This document shows positions 9,624-18,797 of a stretch of DNA of 25,803 nucleotides, in pieces. Source of the DNA: a virus (lineage: Duplodnaviria; Caudoviricetes); IMG/VR virus record IMGVR_UViG_3300048105_000122, positions 1 to 25,803 of that record; one strand, written 5' to 3'. The translations under genes were made by a program, and so were the position numbers. The stretch's first letter is position 1. Each line of letters opens with the position of its first letter. The notes beneath the pieces are model-generated. The model had not been told where the DNA came from. It saw only the letters and a program-made list of their open reading frames with translations, and made no database searches.

Positions 9624-9992
9624 ATGAAACTTTTTAATGAATTGAATGAAGAAACATTTATGTTATATGCAATAAAGAATTACTATAACCCAAAGTGTAT
9701 TGATGTTGAAGAATTTTATGAAGACCTAAATAGGTTTAAATATGTTAAAAGATTAGTGAATAGATATTTAGATGGTGGTAAATTATCTGAAAGATTGATA
9801 CTAAATCATCTTATTGTTATTTTTAATGCGTTTGATATTAAAGCATCTTTAAAACTATTAGAATATAAATTAGATGATAGACATTGGAGCGTGATTAAAC
9901 CTTTTTTAGTTTTTCTACGTCATATTAAGAATGATCAGTATACGGGCATTAGTATGGATGAAAAAGTAGTAGAGGCATTAAGGAAAATATAA
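9624..9992 (+). CDS. Conserved T4-like marine myophage protein (DUF7207-like)
   Basis: F.LYAIKNY.NP.C....EF.EDL.RFKY.KRL...Y....L.ERLILNH motif recalled from cyano- and pelagi-myophages. TAAATA at 9608-9613 upstream. Confidence 0.65.
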   Translation: MKLFNELNEETFMLYAIKNYYNPKCIDVEEFYEDLNRFKYVKRLVNRYLDGGKLSERLILNHLIVIFNAFDIKASLKLLEYKLDDRHWSVIKPFLVFLRHIKNDQYTGISMDEKVVEALRKI

Positions 9993-10918
9993 TGTTAAGT
10001 TTTTCAACATTTCTTAAAGAAGAAACCGCAGAAGATTATAGGCAATCTATAATTAGAATGGGTTATAGAAATCTAAAAAATATATCATCTAAAAGATTTA
10101 AAATTCTTGTTCCAGCAAAAGACAGAATGAAAGTTGCTGATAAAATAGCATCAAGACTAGGCGGGGCTTTGGTTACAAAAGGTAATGATGCTGGAAAACC
10201 TGTAGTAGAGTTTGTTGACGGAATCTTTTTATATGTAAAACCAGAGCCTGGTTCTGGAGTTGGTGGAACAGCAAAGGAAGATGCACAATTAGCTTCATTG
10301 CAAAAACAAATACAAGATGAATTAAGTAAAACCGATTTAATGGAACTTAAAATTAAAATTGGCAATAAGTATTATGCCGTTGCTGGAGCAGCTACAACAC
10401 CAGGAACACCTAAATCAGATTTTCATCTTTTAAATAATAAGGGTATTGAGGTTGTTTGGATATCACATAAAGATGGATCTAAAGCAAAAGATTTCCAGCA
10501 ATGGGGCGGAATGAGTGCCAGAGCTGAACCAGAAATAGCCAAACATAAAGAAACCCAAAAGTTTATTAATGATGTAAAAAAAGAATTTGGTGGAGTTATG
10601 CCAAGAGCAACTACTGTTGCAAGACCAGTAAAAGATAAAAATCTTATGGGTATGTCAGTATATGGTAACAAATACAAGTCTGGTGTTTTAGGCAGACAAA
10701 ACGTAACCATTCTTTTACAAGGTCCGGTGAAGTTAGTAAAATCTAAAAACTATTATGAACTAGAGTCTAATCATACATCCATAAACGGTGATATTATGAC
10801 TGGAGATTATGCACCAGTATTTATGGCCATATATAAAGGTGATAGAAATAATTTTGGTGTTAAGGGTGCCAGATTTGCAATTCAACCTAAAGCATCACGA
10901 AAATTTAAGGATATTTAA
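9992..10918 (+). CDS. Putative PD-(D/E)XK-fold nuclease with capsid-targeting-like N-terminus
   Basis: Helix TAKED, then GTPKSDF...VWISHK (D...SxK variant active site) and FQQWGG. N-terminus MLSFSTFLKE. Confidence 0.55.
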   Translation: MLSFSTFLKEETAEDYRQSIIRMGYRNLKNISSKRFKILVPAKDRMKVADKIASRLGGALVTKGNDAGKPVVEFVDGIFLYVKPEPGSGVGGTAKEDAQLASLQKQIQDELSKTDLMELKIKIGNKYYAVAGAATTPGTPKSDFHLLNNKGIEVVWISHKDGSKAKDFQQWGGMSARAEPEIAKHKETQKFINDVKKEFGGVMPRATTVARPVKDKNLMGMSVYGNKYKSGVLGRQNVTILLQGPVKLVKSKNYYELESNHTSINGDIMTGDYAPVFMAIYKGDRNNFGVKGARFAIQPKASRKFKDI

Positions 10919-10920
10919 TT

Positions 10921-11508
10921 ATGGGTATGCTTCAAAGAGCCGGCGACTTAATTTATACGTTTCGGTTTCTCACGCTTCTTGTGACACCGTTTGAAAAAAC
11001 TAAGGCATTTGAACTTGGTATTATAGATGAAGACGGTAAAAGAATTAAATCAGTCAAGTTAGATGATAGAGAAAAGAAAGGTGCATATACACCTTTCCAT
11101 AGATTAGTTTTCAATGTAAAAAAATTAATTGCAAAAGCTCCTGGTGGTAAATCATCAGTGGCTTCTTATGCTGCCGCATTATATCTCATAAAAGAAAAAT
11201 TAGATTTATCTGATACTTCTATTAAAAAAATTATAAAAGAAACTGGTCACAATCCATTTGATTTTTTAAATGAAGATAGTCAATGGTTTTTATTAGAAGA
11301 TTATATGCTGTCTCCAGGCACGTATAGACTAAAATATAATAAAGTTGTAAATAGCACAGTTGAAGAACTTGTAAAAGCAAAAGATCAGATAAGAGTATTA
11401 CCAGAATCTTATCCTGTTGGTGAAATATTCGGTTTACACATTTATGAAGCAGAACATATTCGTACTAAACAAAAGATATATCTTACTATAGAGGAACTTA
11501 TCCGATGA
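10921..11508 (+). CDS. Conserved T4-like virion-associated protein (resembles T4 e.6)
   Basis: Y.F..LL..PF....A.ELGIIDE.G.......EK.AYTPFH..V...K+ motif recalled from the T4 e.6 family. Confidence 0.55.
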   Translation: MGMLQRAGDLIYTFRFLTLLVTPFEKTKAFELGIIDEDGKRIKSVKLDDREKKGAYTPFHRLVFNVKKLIAKAPGGKSSVASYAAALYLIKEKLDLSDTSIKKIIKETGHNPFDFLNEDSQWFLLEDYMLSPGTYRLKYNKVVNSTVEELVKAKDQIRVLPESYPVGEIFGLHIYEAEHIRTKQKIYLTIEELIR

Positions 11509-12056
11509 AACCACCTAGTTGGAAAAGAGCAGGTCCTGATGGTGAAATAGAAATTAAGTTTCCTACAGGTCGCCGCTTTAAAATAGAAAAACAATATGAT
11601 GAAAATATCCGTCATAAAGGTGAGTGGAAAGTAATGGAATGGGACACTCGTTCTAAAGATTGGGAATGGGGTGAAACATATAGCCCTAAAGCATATGCTA
11701 AACAAAAAGCAATGGATGCTGGACAATACGATAAGAGAGGTAAGAAAGTGGCGGATTATTCATCAACTTTTCAATTCGAATCTATGAAAGAAAATGCAGG
11801 GTTATGGGCAAATATTAGAGCTAAGAGAGCACGCGGAGAAAAGATGCGTAAAAAAGGCGAAAAGGGTGCTCCTACAGATGCACAGATTCAACGTATTAAA
11901 GATAAATCAAAAAGTGAAGATACTACAACAGCAAGTGTAGCAATGCCACCAACAGCAATGTTTAAAGCTGTTAACGTGACAGATAAGAGACGTAGAAAGG
12001 ATAAACCTCCGGTTGTTCTCAAAAGATTCCGTGGTTTTATGAAAGACGATGCTTAG
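11505..12056 (+). CDS. Basic modular hypothetical protein, putative capsid-internal
   Basis: ATGA overlap with upstream gene. Trp-rich N-domain, then MKE|NAGLWANIRAKRARGEKMRKKGEKGAPT module recalled from other marine phage proteins. Confidence 0.55.
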   Translation: MKPPSWKRAGPDGEIEIKFPTGRRFKIEKQYDENIRHKGEWKVMEWDTRSKDWEWGETYSPKAYAKQKAMDAGQYDKRGKKVADYSSTFQFESMKENAGLWANIRAKRARGEKMRKKGEKGAPTDAQIQRIKDKSKSEDTTTASVAMPPTAMFKAVNVTDKRRRKDKPPVVLKRFRGFMKDDA

Positions 12057-12567
12057 ATTATATCTTTTAATATTTGTTATTGGTACCATAGGTGGTGGTG
12101 GCTTTATTGCATATAAAACCTATACTGATATGCAAAATAAAATTATCATACTCTCATCTCAAAATCAACAACTTAAAGATGCTACTGCTCAACAAGAGGA
12201 AGCTATGGCATCTCTACAGGCTGATTTTAAGAAAGCCAATGAAGAATTAAATAGAGTTAATACAGAGTTTGCTCGAATAAGAGAGCAGAATAATATGCTA
12301 TCAAGTAAACTTGCTAATATTGATCTTGGCGTGATGGCAGTAAGAGATCCGGATGATATAGAGTTTAAAGTAAATAGAGGAACTACAAACGCTGGAAGAT
12401 GTTTTGAATTATTAAGTGGTGCAGAATTAACAGACGAGGAAAAAGGAGCAGTAGATGCTAAAGACTTTAACCGTGAGTGCCCTTGGCTTTATGATGATTA
12501 TAAGTCTAGGGGCTTGCTCACAGAACCAACCGATACAGGAAATAGCGATATCGACGAAACCGATTGA
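12049..12567 (+). CDS. Inner-membrane spanin (Rz-like)
   Basis: N-terminal TM helix, long periplasmic coiled coil, two Cys near the C-terminus. 3' end overlaps a lipoprotein gene. Confidence 0.7.
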   Translation: MLRLYLLIFVIGTIGGGGFIAYKTYTDMQNKIIILSSQNQQLKDATAQQEEAMASLQADFKKANEELNRVNTEFARIREQNNMLSSKLANIDLGVMAVRDPDDIEFKVNRGTTNAGRCFELLSGAELTDEEKGAVDAKDFNRECPWLYDDYKSRGLLTEPTDTGNSDIDETD

Positions 12568-12850
12568 TAAACCTAAATTAGTTTTACCTAAAGTCGATAA
12601 AGTAAATATTAGAGATATAGAATGGATTGTTATTAATGAAGAAAATGTTGAAGAAGAAATACAAAAGATTAAAGACTCTGGTCAGCCAGTAGGGTTATTT
12701 GCTCTTACTGGAAAGGGTTATCAGAATCTAGCATTAAATTTTAGTGACATTAGAGCAATGGTACAGCAGCAACAGCAGATTATTGCTGCATATGAAACAT
12801 ATTATCAACAAGCAGAAAAGAAATTAGACGAAGCAGTCACAATAGAGTAG
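12455..12850 (+). CDS. Outer-membrane spanin lipoprotein (Rz1-like)
   Basis: 20-aa signal peptide with lipobox LGA|C, Pro-containing linker, RBS AAGGAG upstream, 113-bp out-of-frame overlap with the i-spanin. Confidence 0.72.
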   Translation: MLKTLTVSALGFMMIISLGACSQNQPIQEIAISTKPIDKPKLVLPKVDKVNIRDIEWIVINEENVEEEIQKIKDSGQPVGLFALTGKGYQNLALNFSDIRAMVQQQQQIIAAYETYYQQAEKKLDEAVTIE

Positions 12851-12857
12851 GGATAAT

Positions 12858-13124
12858 ATGTTAGAAAGATTATTTGCGGATACACTTTGGATCTATACAT
12901 CAATAGCAGGAGCAGTACTAGGTGCTGCCTTTTTAGCTTATTTTAAGGATACAAGAGCAGGGCTTTGGGCTTATGCAAAGCTTGATCTGTTTTTAGATTA
13001 TCTCATTGAACGATGGGGTCTTACTTGGTTAGAACAACCAGAAGATGCTTGGCGTAAGAAATATCCGAAAATCACTAAAAAGATTGATGCTATTGAAGCA
13101 AGATTAAAAGAATTGGAAAAATAA
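12858..13124 (+). CDS. Small membrane protein (possible holin or lysis accessory)
   Basis: One TM helix (WIYTSIAGAVLGAAFLAYF), charged C-terminus, adjacent to the spanins. Confidence 0.45.
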   Translation: MLERLFADTLWIYTSIAGAVLGAAFLAYFKDTRAGLWAYAKLDLFLDYLIERWGLTWLEQPEDAWRKKYPKITKKIDAIEARLKELEK

Positions 13125-13327
13125 TGTTAAGTAAACAATGTAAACTTCACCTGGAAGAAGTAGGTGAAACTGGTCTCCAGCATATGACTCACGCATTAAA
13201 GGCTGCCGTTAAATTGCAGCTTTTAGTTCCAGCATTAATTATTCATAGTATTGCACCAAGATGTTTTACTCATACAGCATCAAATGTAATGAACGATATT
13301 TTAAATACACGTAAAAAGAAAGTATAA
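13124..13327 (+). CDS. DUF6356-like small membrane-associated protein
   Basis: H...VGET..QH...A.........A..IH...P..F..TAS pattern recalled from alphaproteobacterial DUF6356 proteins. Confidence 0.55.
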   Translation: MLSKQCKLHLEEVGETGLQHMTHALKAAVKLQLLVPALIIHSIAPRCFTHTASNVMNDILNTRKKKV

Positions 13328-13330
13328 ATA
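13323..13330 (+). promoter_or_regulatory. T4-type late promoter
   Basis: Perfect TATAAATA overlapping the upstream stop codon, 30 bp before ORF 13361. Confidence 0.75.
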
Positions 13331-13360
13331 GAACTAAAGGTAATCTAAGAGTAGAGCATT

Positions 13361-16300
13361 ATGACAAACGCAAGAAATTTAGCTAATCTATTAGGTGGGT
13401 CAACAACAGTTCCCACTGCAGCACTTCCTACTAATATTCAAACGCTAGATGTTGCAGAAATACCCGTATCTAAATTATCTCTAGGATCAAATGTATTAAC
13501 CCAGTCTTTTGATTCTAATCAATCAATAAATTTTGATTTAACTGATAGTGTAAATGCATCTATTCCTATCGTATCTGCATTTAAAGAAGTTCCTCAACCT
13601 GGCTTGACTAGTAAAGGTCAGTGGGACGTTAACGCTAATGCTACAAATTATGAGTTTTTCGATGAGAAACCGATCTCCTATTCATCAGTTAATTTAACAC
13701 CAAGTGCAACTGGTGACGGCACTTTTACTAGCAGTAGTATGATTATAGGTCCAACGGATATAGACAATCTTACATATGATAATAAAAGTATTAATATAAC
13801 TTCATTAAATCATACTGGTACAGGAACTTATGGCGACTTAAGAGGTTTTTATATAAAACCAGACGGAACAAAACTTTTTTCTCTTAGCACTGCTGGAATT
13901 GTATCTGAACACGTATTAAGTACTGCTTACGATATATCTACAACAACTTACAACAACGTAGATACATCAGCATTAACTACAGAATCTTCTGCTGCATTTG
14001 ATACTAATTTAGCTTTATCTCCAGATGGTACAAAATTATTTGTATTAAAGTCAGCAACTAAAGAAATAGCAAGATATGATTTATCAACAGCATGGAATTT
14101 ATCTACTCTTAGTACTACTAAACACTCATATTATATTGAATCAGCTAACCTTAACACTCCAATAAGTTTTACATTCAATGCCGATGGAACAGTTTTAATA
14201 ATCTTTTATAACAGCACCGATGCTATTGCTAAATACGATTTATCAACAGCTTGGGATTTAAGTACAGCATCCCGCGCTAGTTTTACGATCGTTGCAAATT
14301 CATCTAGCAGTACTGCATATGTAGGGTCGACATCAGGCATTGACCTTCATTCATTAGAGTTTACCAATAATGGAAATGTTTTGTTAGGGTCGGATTATGC
14401 TCAACAAAAAATATATCAGTGGAATCTTACTTCGCCATATTCAATAACGTCTACCAGTCTAGTATATGATACACAGTTTTCAATTACACTCTTAGCTGGA
14501 AATAATTCATCATACGGACCGGGCCCTCTTCGAGTACTCAATGGTAAAGCTTATATAGTAGATGGTGGAACAAAATCTATAATTTATCAATATACCTCAT
14601 CAGCATCAAATGTTTTCAACGCAGCAGACGTAGGAAAGAAAGTTGTAGGTAATTCTGGATCTGCTATTATTACAGCAACTTCTGGCGCATATACTTCAGT
14701 CACTCCTTTTGCAGATACTTCTGCAATTTCTTCTTGGCAATTATTTGGGACTGAAGGTAAAGCAGATGGATCTGGTATTGCTTTTACTCAAGCAGGCGCG
14801 CCCGGGGGTATTCCTACAAATACACTTACTGATCAATCAGGACCACATACTATACACACTGGGTTTTTTAATCAAGGTTTTTGGTGGTCAAATGATGGCC
14901 AATACTATTATCAGCTTTCACAAGGAACTAGCACAATTGTTAAAGTAAAATGTACAACTCCTTGGGATTTATCTACACAAACAGATGAACAAACTGTAGG
15001 AACTACTGGAACAAGTCATGGAATAACAGTTAGTGAGGATGGATTAAATATATATTACGGCGGATATGATGCTAGAATACGCAGAAAACCTTTATCAACT
15101 GCACATGATTTATCAACTGCTGGTTCTGAAACTTCAATTCTATGCACGGATTTAAATGTGGCTGCTTCTTATCCTTGGGATTTTGATATTTCATCCGATG
15201 GAACAAAACTGTTTTTTCTAAGTCATATTGGTGGCTCACATGATGGAATAGGAACATTAAATTTATCAACACCTTACGCAATACATACGGGAGTAACTTT
15301 AGGTACGGTGTTAACAAATTTCGATGGTGGTGGGAACAGCCAGACATTTTTTAGTTTTAATAGTGATGGATCAAAACTTTTTGTTAGTGATAATACTACA
15401 TCAATATATTATTGGAATTTAAGTTCAGCCTATACCCTACCTTCATCTGCAACTTCTGATGGTAGCATTTCTTTCTCTGGATCAAATGGCGTGAGATCAA
15501 TGGTTTTTAATCAATATCTTTTCTACACATCTTTTCATGATGATAGAAGTGGTGCTTTAGGTGTTGAACATGAGAAACAAAATAGGTGGACACTAAGTAC
15601 TTCTATTGATGCATCATCTACGATACCAGCATACTCTCAATATTTTCCAGCATTTACAAATTCATCTAACGGCCAAATTAACTCATCAAGCTGGCAAGAT
15701 ATTAATTCTATGACAGCTGACGAAACTAAAAATGGTGGTGACATCTTTTATGCAGTTTCAACAGATAATAGAACAAGCTGGAGCGTTGCTAAAGGTTCAG
15801 ATGGTGTAAGAAAAATTGCACGAAACAACTCTGGTACATGGCAGTACAATAATGATGGTGGAACGAGTAGTATATCAGGTTATGACTTAGACGGTACTAA
15901 TTCATCAGCCTTTTCTTCATTTACATCACTTAGTGCTAATTCAATTACTGCATTTAATGGAGCAGGCTTTAGTGATGATGGGACTAAGTTGTATGTTTTC
16001 TCACACGGAGATGACACTTTTTACCAGTTTACTTTATCTACTGCTTGGGACGAAACAACTGCGAGCTATGCAAGTAAGAGCTTTACCCCGGCTTCTACAA
16101 ACAACTGGCTAGTACATTCCATAAGATTTAACCCTGATGGAACTAAAATGTATGCAGGTGGAGAAGGACAAGCGAGAAACACACTGTACGAATATACCTT
16201 AACAACGGCTTGGGACATTTCTACCGCAAACGCTACTGCCACTGGTGATCTACCTACTCGTGGTGTTTCTGGCGTAACAGGCGAATGTGAGAATATACAA

Positions 16301-17053
16301 ATATCTCCAAACGGATCTTACGTCTACGCACTGGATTTTCAAAGTGGAACTCTACACCGTTGGTCATTAAATACTGCATGGGATTTGAGCAGTAGAACAT
16401 CCAATTCTCCCGACCAAACTACTACTGCTCCTTATAGTTGGTCTCAATTTTGTTGGGGCTTTGATTTTAGTGCTGATGGGTCAAAGCTATATATTACAAA
16501 TGGAAACCCTGTGGGCATCGGTGAATGGGATCTTTCCACTAGTTGGAGTATTTCTGGTCTGTCTACTTCTCCTGATACAAGTTCTACTTGGATTGGCGGA
16601 GCATATAAAAATTTAATTATAGGCAATAGTGGATTAAAACTATTTGGCGTAGACCAATCTTCGGGCATTGGGCATAAAGATATGGGGAACTCCGTTTCAA
16701 TATATGGCACAACAGAAACTTGGGTTAATGGAACTACTAACAACGAACATGCAACCCTACAACAAGCTTTGGGTGCACAACCGTTTAACAGAATGAACAA
16801 AGCTCAGCTAGATTCGGTAGCCGACGGATATCACTTTAGCCAAGATAGTGCAGATACATTGGATTTGATGATTGCCCCCTATGCTGCTTCTGGGACTTCT
16901 CCGATATCTGATGGTGTTACTATAAATTATGATGCAGAAGCTATAGTAAGAGAAGCGGTTAATGGAACAGATTATATTGCAGAATTTCCACAGAATAATA
17001 AAGTTAAAATAAAATCATTAATTGATGCAAACTTAAAAATAAGAATTATATAG
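13361..17053 (+). CDS. Tail appendage / receptor-binding protein with three beta-propeller cassettes
   Basis: N-terminal MTNARNLANLLG. Three clusters of F..DGTKL[FY]...Y.LST[AP][WY]D[IL]ST blades separated by non-repeat scaffold segments. Paralogous to ORF 1..1551. Confidence 0.8.
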   Translation: MTNARNLANLLGGSTTVPTAALPTNIQTLDVAEIPVSKLSLGSNVLTQSFDSNQSINFDLTDSVNASIPIVSAFKEVPQPGLTSKGQWDVNANATNYEFFDEKPISYSSVNLTPSATGDGTFTSSSMIIGPTDIDNLTYDNKSINITSLNHTGTGTYGDLRGFYIKPDGTKLFSLSTAGIVSEHVLSTAYDISTTTYNNVDTSALTTESSAAFDTNLALSPDGTKLFVLKSATKEIARYDLSTAWNLSTLSTTKHSYYIESANLNTPISFTFNADGTVLIIFYNSTDAIAKYDLSTAWDLSTASRASFTIVANSSSSTAYVGSTSGIDLHSLEFTNNGNVLLGSDYAQQKIYQWNLTSPYSITSTSLVYDTQFSITLLAGNNSSYGPGPLRVLNGKAYIVDGGTKSIIYQYTSSASNVFNAADVGKKVVGNSGSAIITATSGAYTSVTPFADTSAISSWQLFGTEGKADGSGIAFTQAGAPGGIPTNTLTDQSGPHTIHTGFFNQGFWWSNDGQYYYQLSQGTSTIVKVKCTTPWDLSTQTDEQTVGTTGTSHGITVSEDGLNIYYGGYDARIRRKPLSTAHDLSTAGSETSILCTDLNVAASYPWDFDISSDGTKLFFLSHIGGSHDGIGTLNLSTPYAIHTGVTLGTVLTNFDGGGNSQTFFSFNSDGSKLFVSDNTTSIYYWNLSSAYTLPSSATSDGSISFSGSNGVRSMVFNQYLFYTSFHDDRSGALGVEHEKQNRWTLSTSIDASSTIPAYSQYFPAFTNSSNGQINSSSWQDINSMTADETKNGGDIFYAVSTDNRTSWSVAKGSDGVRKIARNNSGTWQYNNDGGTSSISGYDLDGTNSSAFSSFTSLSANSITAFNGAGFSDDGTKLYVFSHGDDTFYQFTLSTAWDETTASYASKSFTPASTNNWLVHSIRFNPDGTKMYAGGEGQARNTLYEYTLTTAWDISTANATATGDLPTRGVSGVTGECENIQISPNGSYVYALDFQSGTLHRWSLNTAWDLSSRTSNSPDQTTTAPYSWSQFCWGFDFSADGSKLYITNGNPVGIGEWDLSTSWSISGLSTSPDTSSTWIGGAYKNLIIGNSGLKLFGVDQSSGIGHKDMGNSVSIYGTTETWVNGTTNNEHATLQQALGAQPFNRMNKAQLDSVADGYHFSQDSADTLDLMIAPYAASGTSPISDGVTINYDAEAIVREAVNGTDYIAEFPQNNKVKIKSLIDANLKIRII

Positions 17054-17063
17054 GAATACGCCA

Positions 17064-18734
17064 ATGGCATCTAATGCAAGAAATTTAGCAAATTTATTAG
17101 GTACTGGACAATCTACTATTAGTGCAGAAAAACTTGGTAGTGATGTACCACCAGGCACTGAAGATTATTCTAATATAGATTCTCTTGGTGCGGGTACAAT
17201 AGTTGGAGAAACCGCATTTGTTGAAGGTAATAATAGATTATACATATGGAATGGATCGGGTTGGTATAATATAGCACTTATTAATACTACTCCTACATGG
17301 GATTCTGACGGACAACCAAACGGAACTTATGAACTTGATTCTAATCAAAATCCTACTGTTATAACACTTGCTGCTTCTGATCCGGAAGGGTTGACTATAA
17401 ACTATTCGTATGTAACAAGCGGTCAGATGGATTCAATGGCCACCATATCTCAAGATTCAAGCGTATTTACTATTACTCCTATTGTTCAAGACTCGTCTAA
17501 TGCAGGGCAAGAATTTACTGGATCAATTACGTTTAGAGCATCTGATGGTATAAATATTTTACCACAAGTTTCATCATTTACATTAAGCTTTGTGACAAGT
17601 ATATGGACATCATCTTATGTAGCAACAAAAGTGACTGATACACAAAGTAATTATACAAGATATGGTCAAGGACCTATTGTAACAAATACAGATGCGACAC
17701 ATATTCTTATACCATCGTGCGAAGCTAATCAAATAGTCTATTGGACAAGATCCGGAACTTCTTATACAAGAGTGGGTACTTTACCAAGCCCGCCATCTGG
17801 TAGTAATACCTATTTTGGTTTAGCTTCTGCAGGAAATGCAGACTTAACAAAACTTTTAGTTTCAAATCAGAATTCAACGAGTTCTGTGTTAAAGTATTAT
17901 ACAAGGTCTGGAAGCACTTGGACTCACAGAAATTCTACCGGTCCAGGATCCGATATTAATTCAATGGCAATGTCTGACAATAATTCGTATATCTATGGCT
18001 ATAATAACTATGGTAGCTGGAGGTATAGGCTAGGTCAGCTTGGTGCAACAAGCATGGGTAACTGGGTTGCTTCTGGCGGAGTTTCAGGTTCTATAAACTC
18101 AGGAGAGATTCCTTGTGATATGTCTGGAAATGGAAACTATATTGTTTATTTAACAAGCGATAATGGATTTGCAGTACGATGGAACGGCAGTTCATCGAAC
18201 GATGGCCCTTGGGGTACTGGGATTGCTCCTAATCCAGAAAGTTGGCATTCTAATTCTTCTGTTCAATTGTCAGTAAATATAACTCAAGCTCCTTATAGTC
18301 TGTCAAGTAGCAGAGCTGAATACATGGGGTTTGCTATAAATTATGACGGTAATTTAATGGTAGCTGGGTACGGTGACATTGCCCGCGTTTATTATAGAAC
18401 AGGTACCTCTTGGTCTCTTACTCAAACTATTGATGTAGGTGGGAACACCAGAGGTGTGACTATGGATTCAACTGGTAAACTCATACTCTTTGCTCCCGCT
18501 GGAACTGTATCAAACGGTGATGATGGTGTTAGAATATATGAAACTACAAATACTGATGGAACTGGTTATACATTGTCACAATCAATAACTAGACATCCTA
18601 ATGAATCCTCAGCTAGTTATTTTGGATATGCAATGAGAGCAGATCAAGGACCTAGAATTTCAAGAAATGGTAGATTCGTTGGTATGGGTCAGTATCCAAA
18701 CGTAAATTATTGCTATCTGTATTTAATGGAATAA
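17064..18734 (+). CDS. Virion protein: shared N-terminal adaptor plus C-terminal beta-propeller-like domain
   Basis: MASNARNLANLLG start. 17214-17591 aligns to 5528-5905. C-terminal repeats of Y[YW]TRSG[TS][ST][WY]T. Confidence 0.75.
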   Translation: MASNARNLANLLGTGQSTISAEKLGSDVPPGTEDYSNIDSLGAGTIVGETAFVEGNNRLYIWNGSGWYNIALINTTPTWDSDGQPNGTYELDSNQNPTVITLAASDPEGLTINYSYVTSGQMDSMATISQDSSVFTITPIVQDSSNAGQEFTGSITFRASDGINILPQVSSFTLSFVTSIWTSSYVATKVTDTQSNYTRYGQGPIVTNTDATHILIPSCEANQIVYWTRSGTSYTRVGTLPSPPSGSNTYFGLASAGNADLTKLLVSNQNSTSSVLKYYTRSGSTWTHRNSTGPGSDINSMAMSDNNSYIYGYNNYGSWRYRLGQLGATSMGNWVASGGVSGSINSGEIPCDMSGNGNYIVYLTSDNGFAVRWNGSSSNDGPWGTGIAPNPESWHSNSSVQLSVNITQAPYSLSSSRAEYMGFAINYDGNLMVAGYGDIARVYYRTGTSWSLTQTIDVGGNTRGVTMDSTGKLILFAPAGTVSNGDDGVRIYETTNTDGTGYTLSQSITRHPNESSASYFGYAMRADQGPRISRNGRFVGMGQYPNVNYCYLYLME

Positions 18735-18768
18735 ATAGTATTCCCTATCCTCAACTGATTACTCTTTT

Positions 18769-18797
18769 ATTATAACATTTTTTTAAACCGCTGTAAA
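18769..18797 (-). promoter_or_regulatory. Sigma70-type (phage early) promoter on minus strand, no downstream ORF
   Basis: Minus strand reads (TTG)TTTACA-17 nt-TATAAT with TG one base before the -10. Same -35 as the + strand early promoters. Confidence 0.65.

Noticed and set aside
151-17053. Diversity-generating retroelement as the explanation for the paralogous blocks
   Set aside because: No reverse transcriptase in the window. Differences are mostly synonymous rather than adenine-specific, and both copies are coding.
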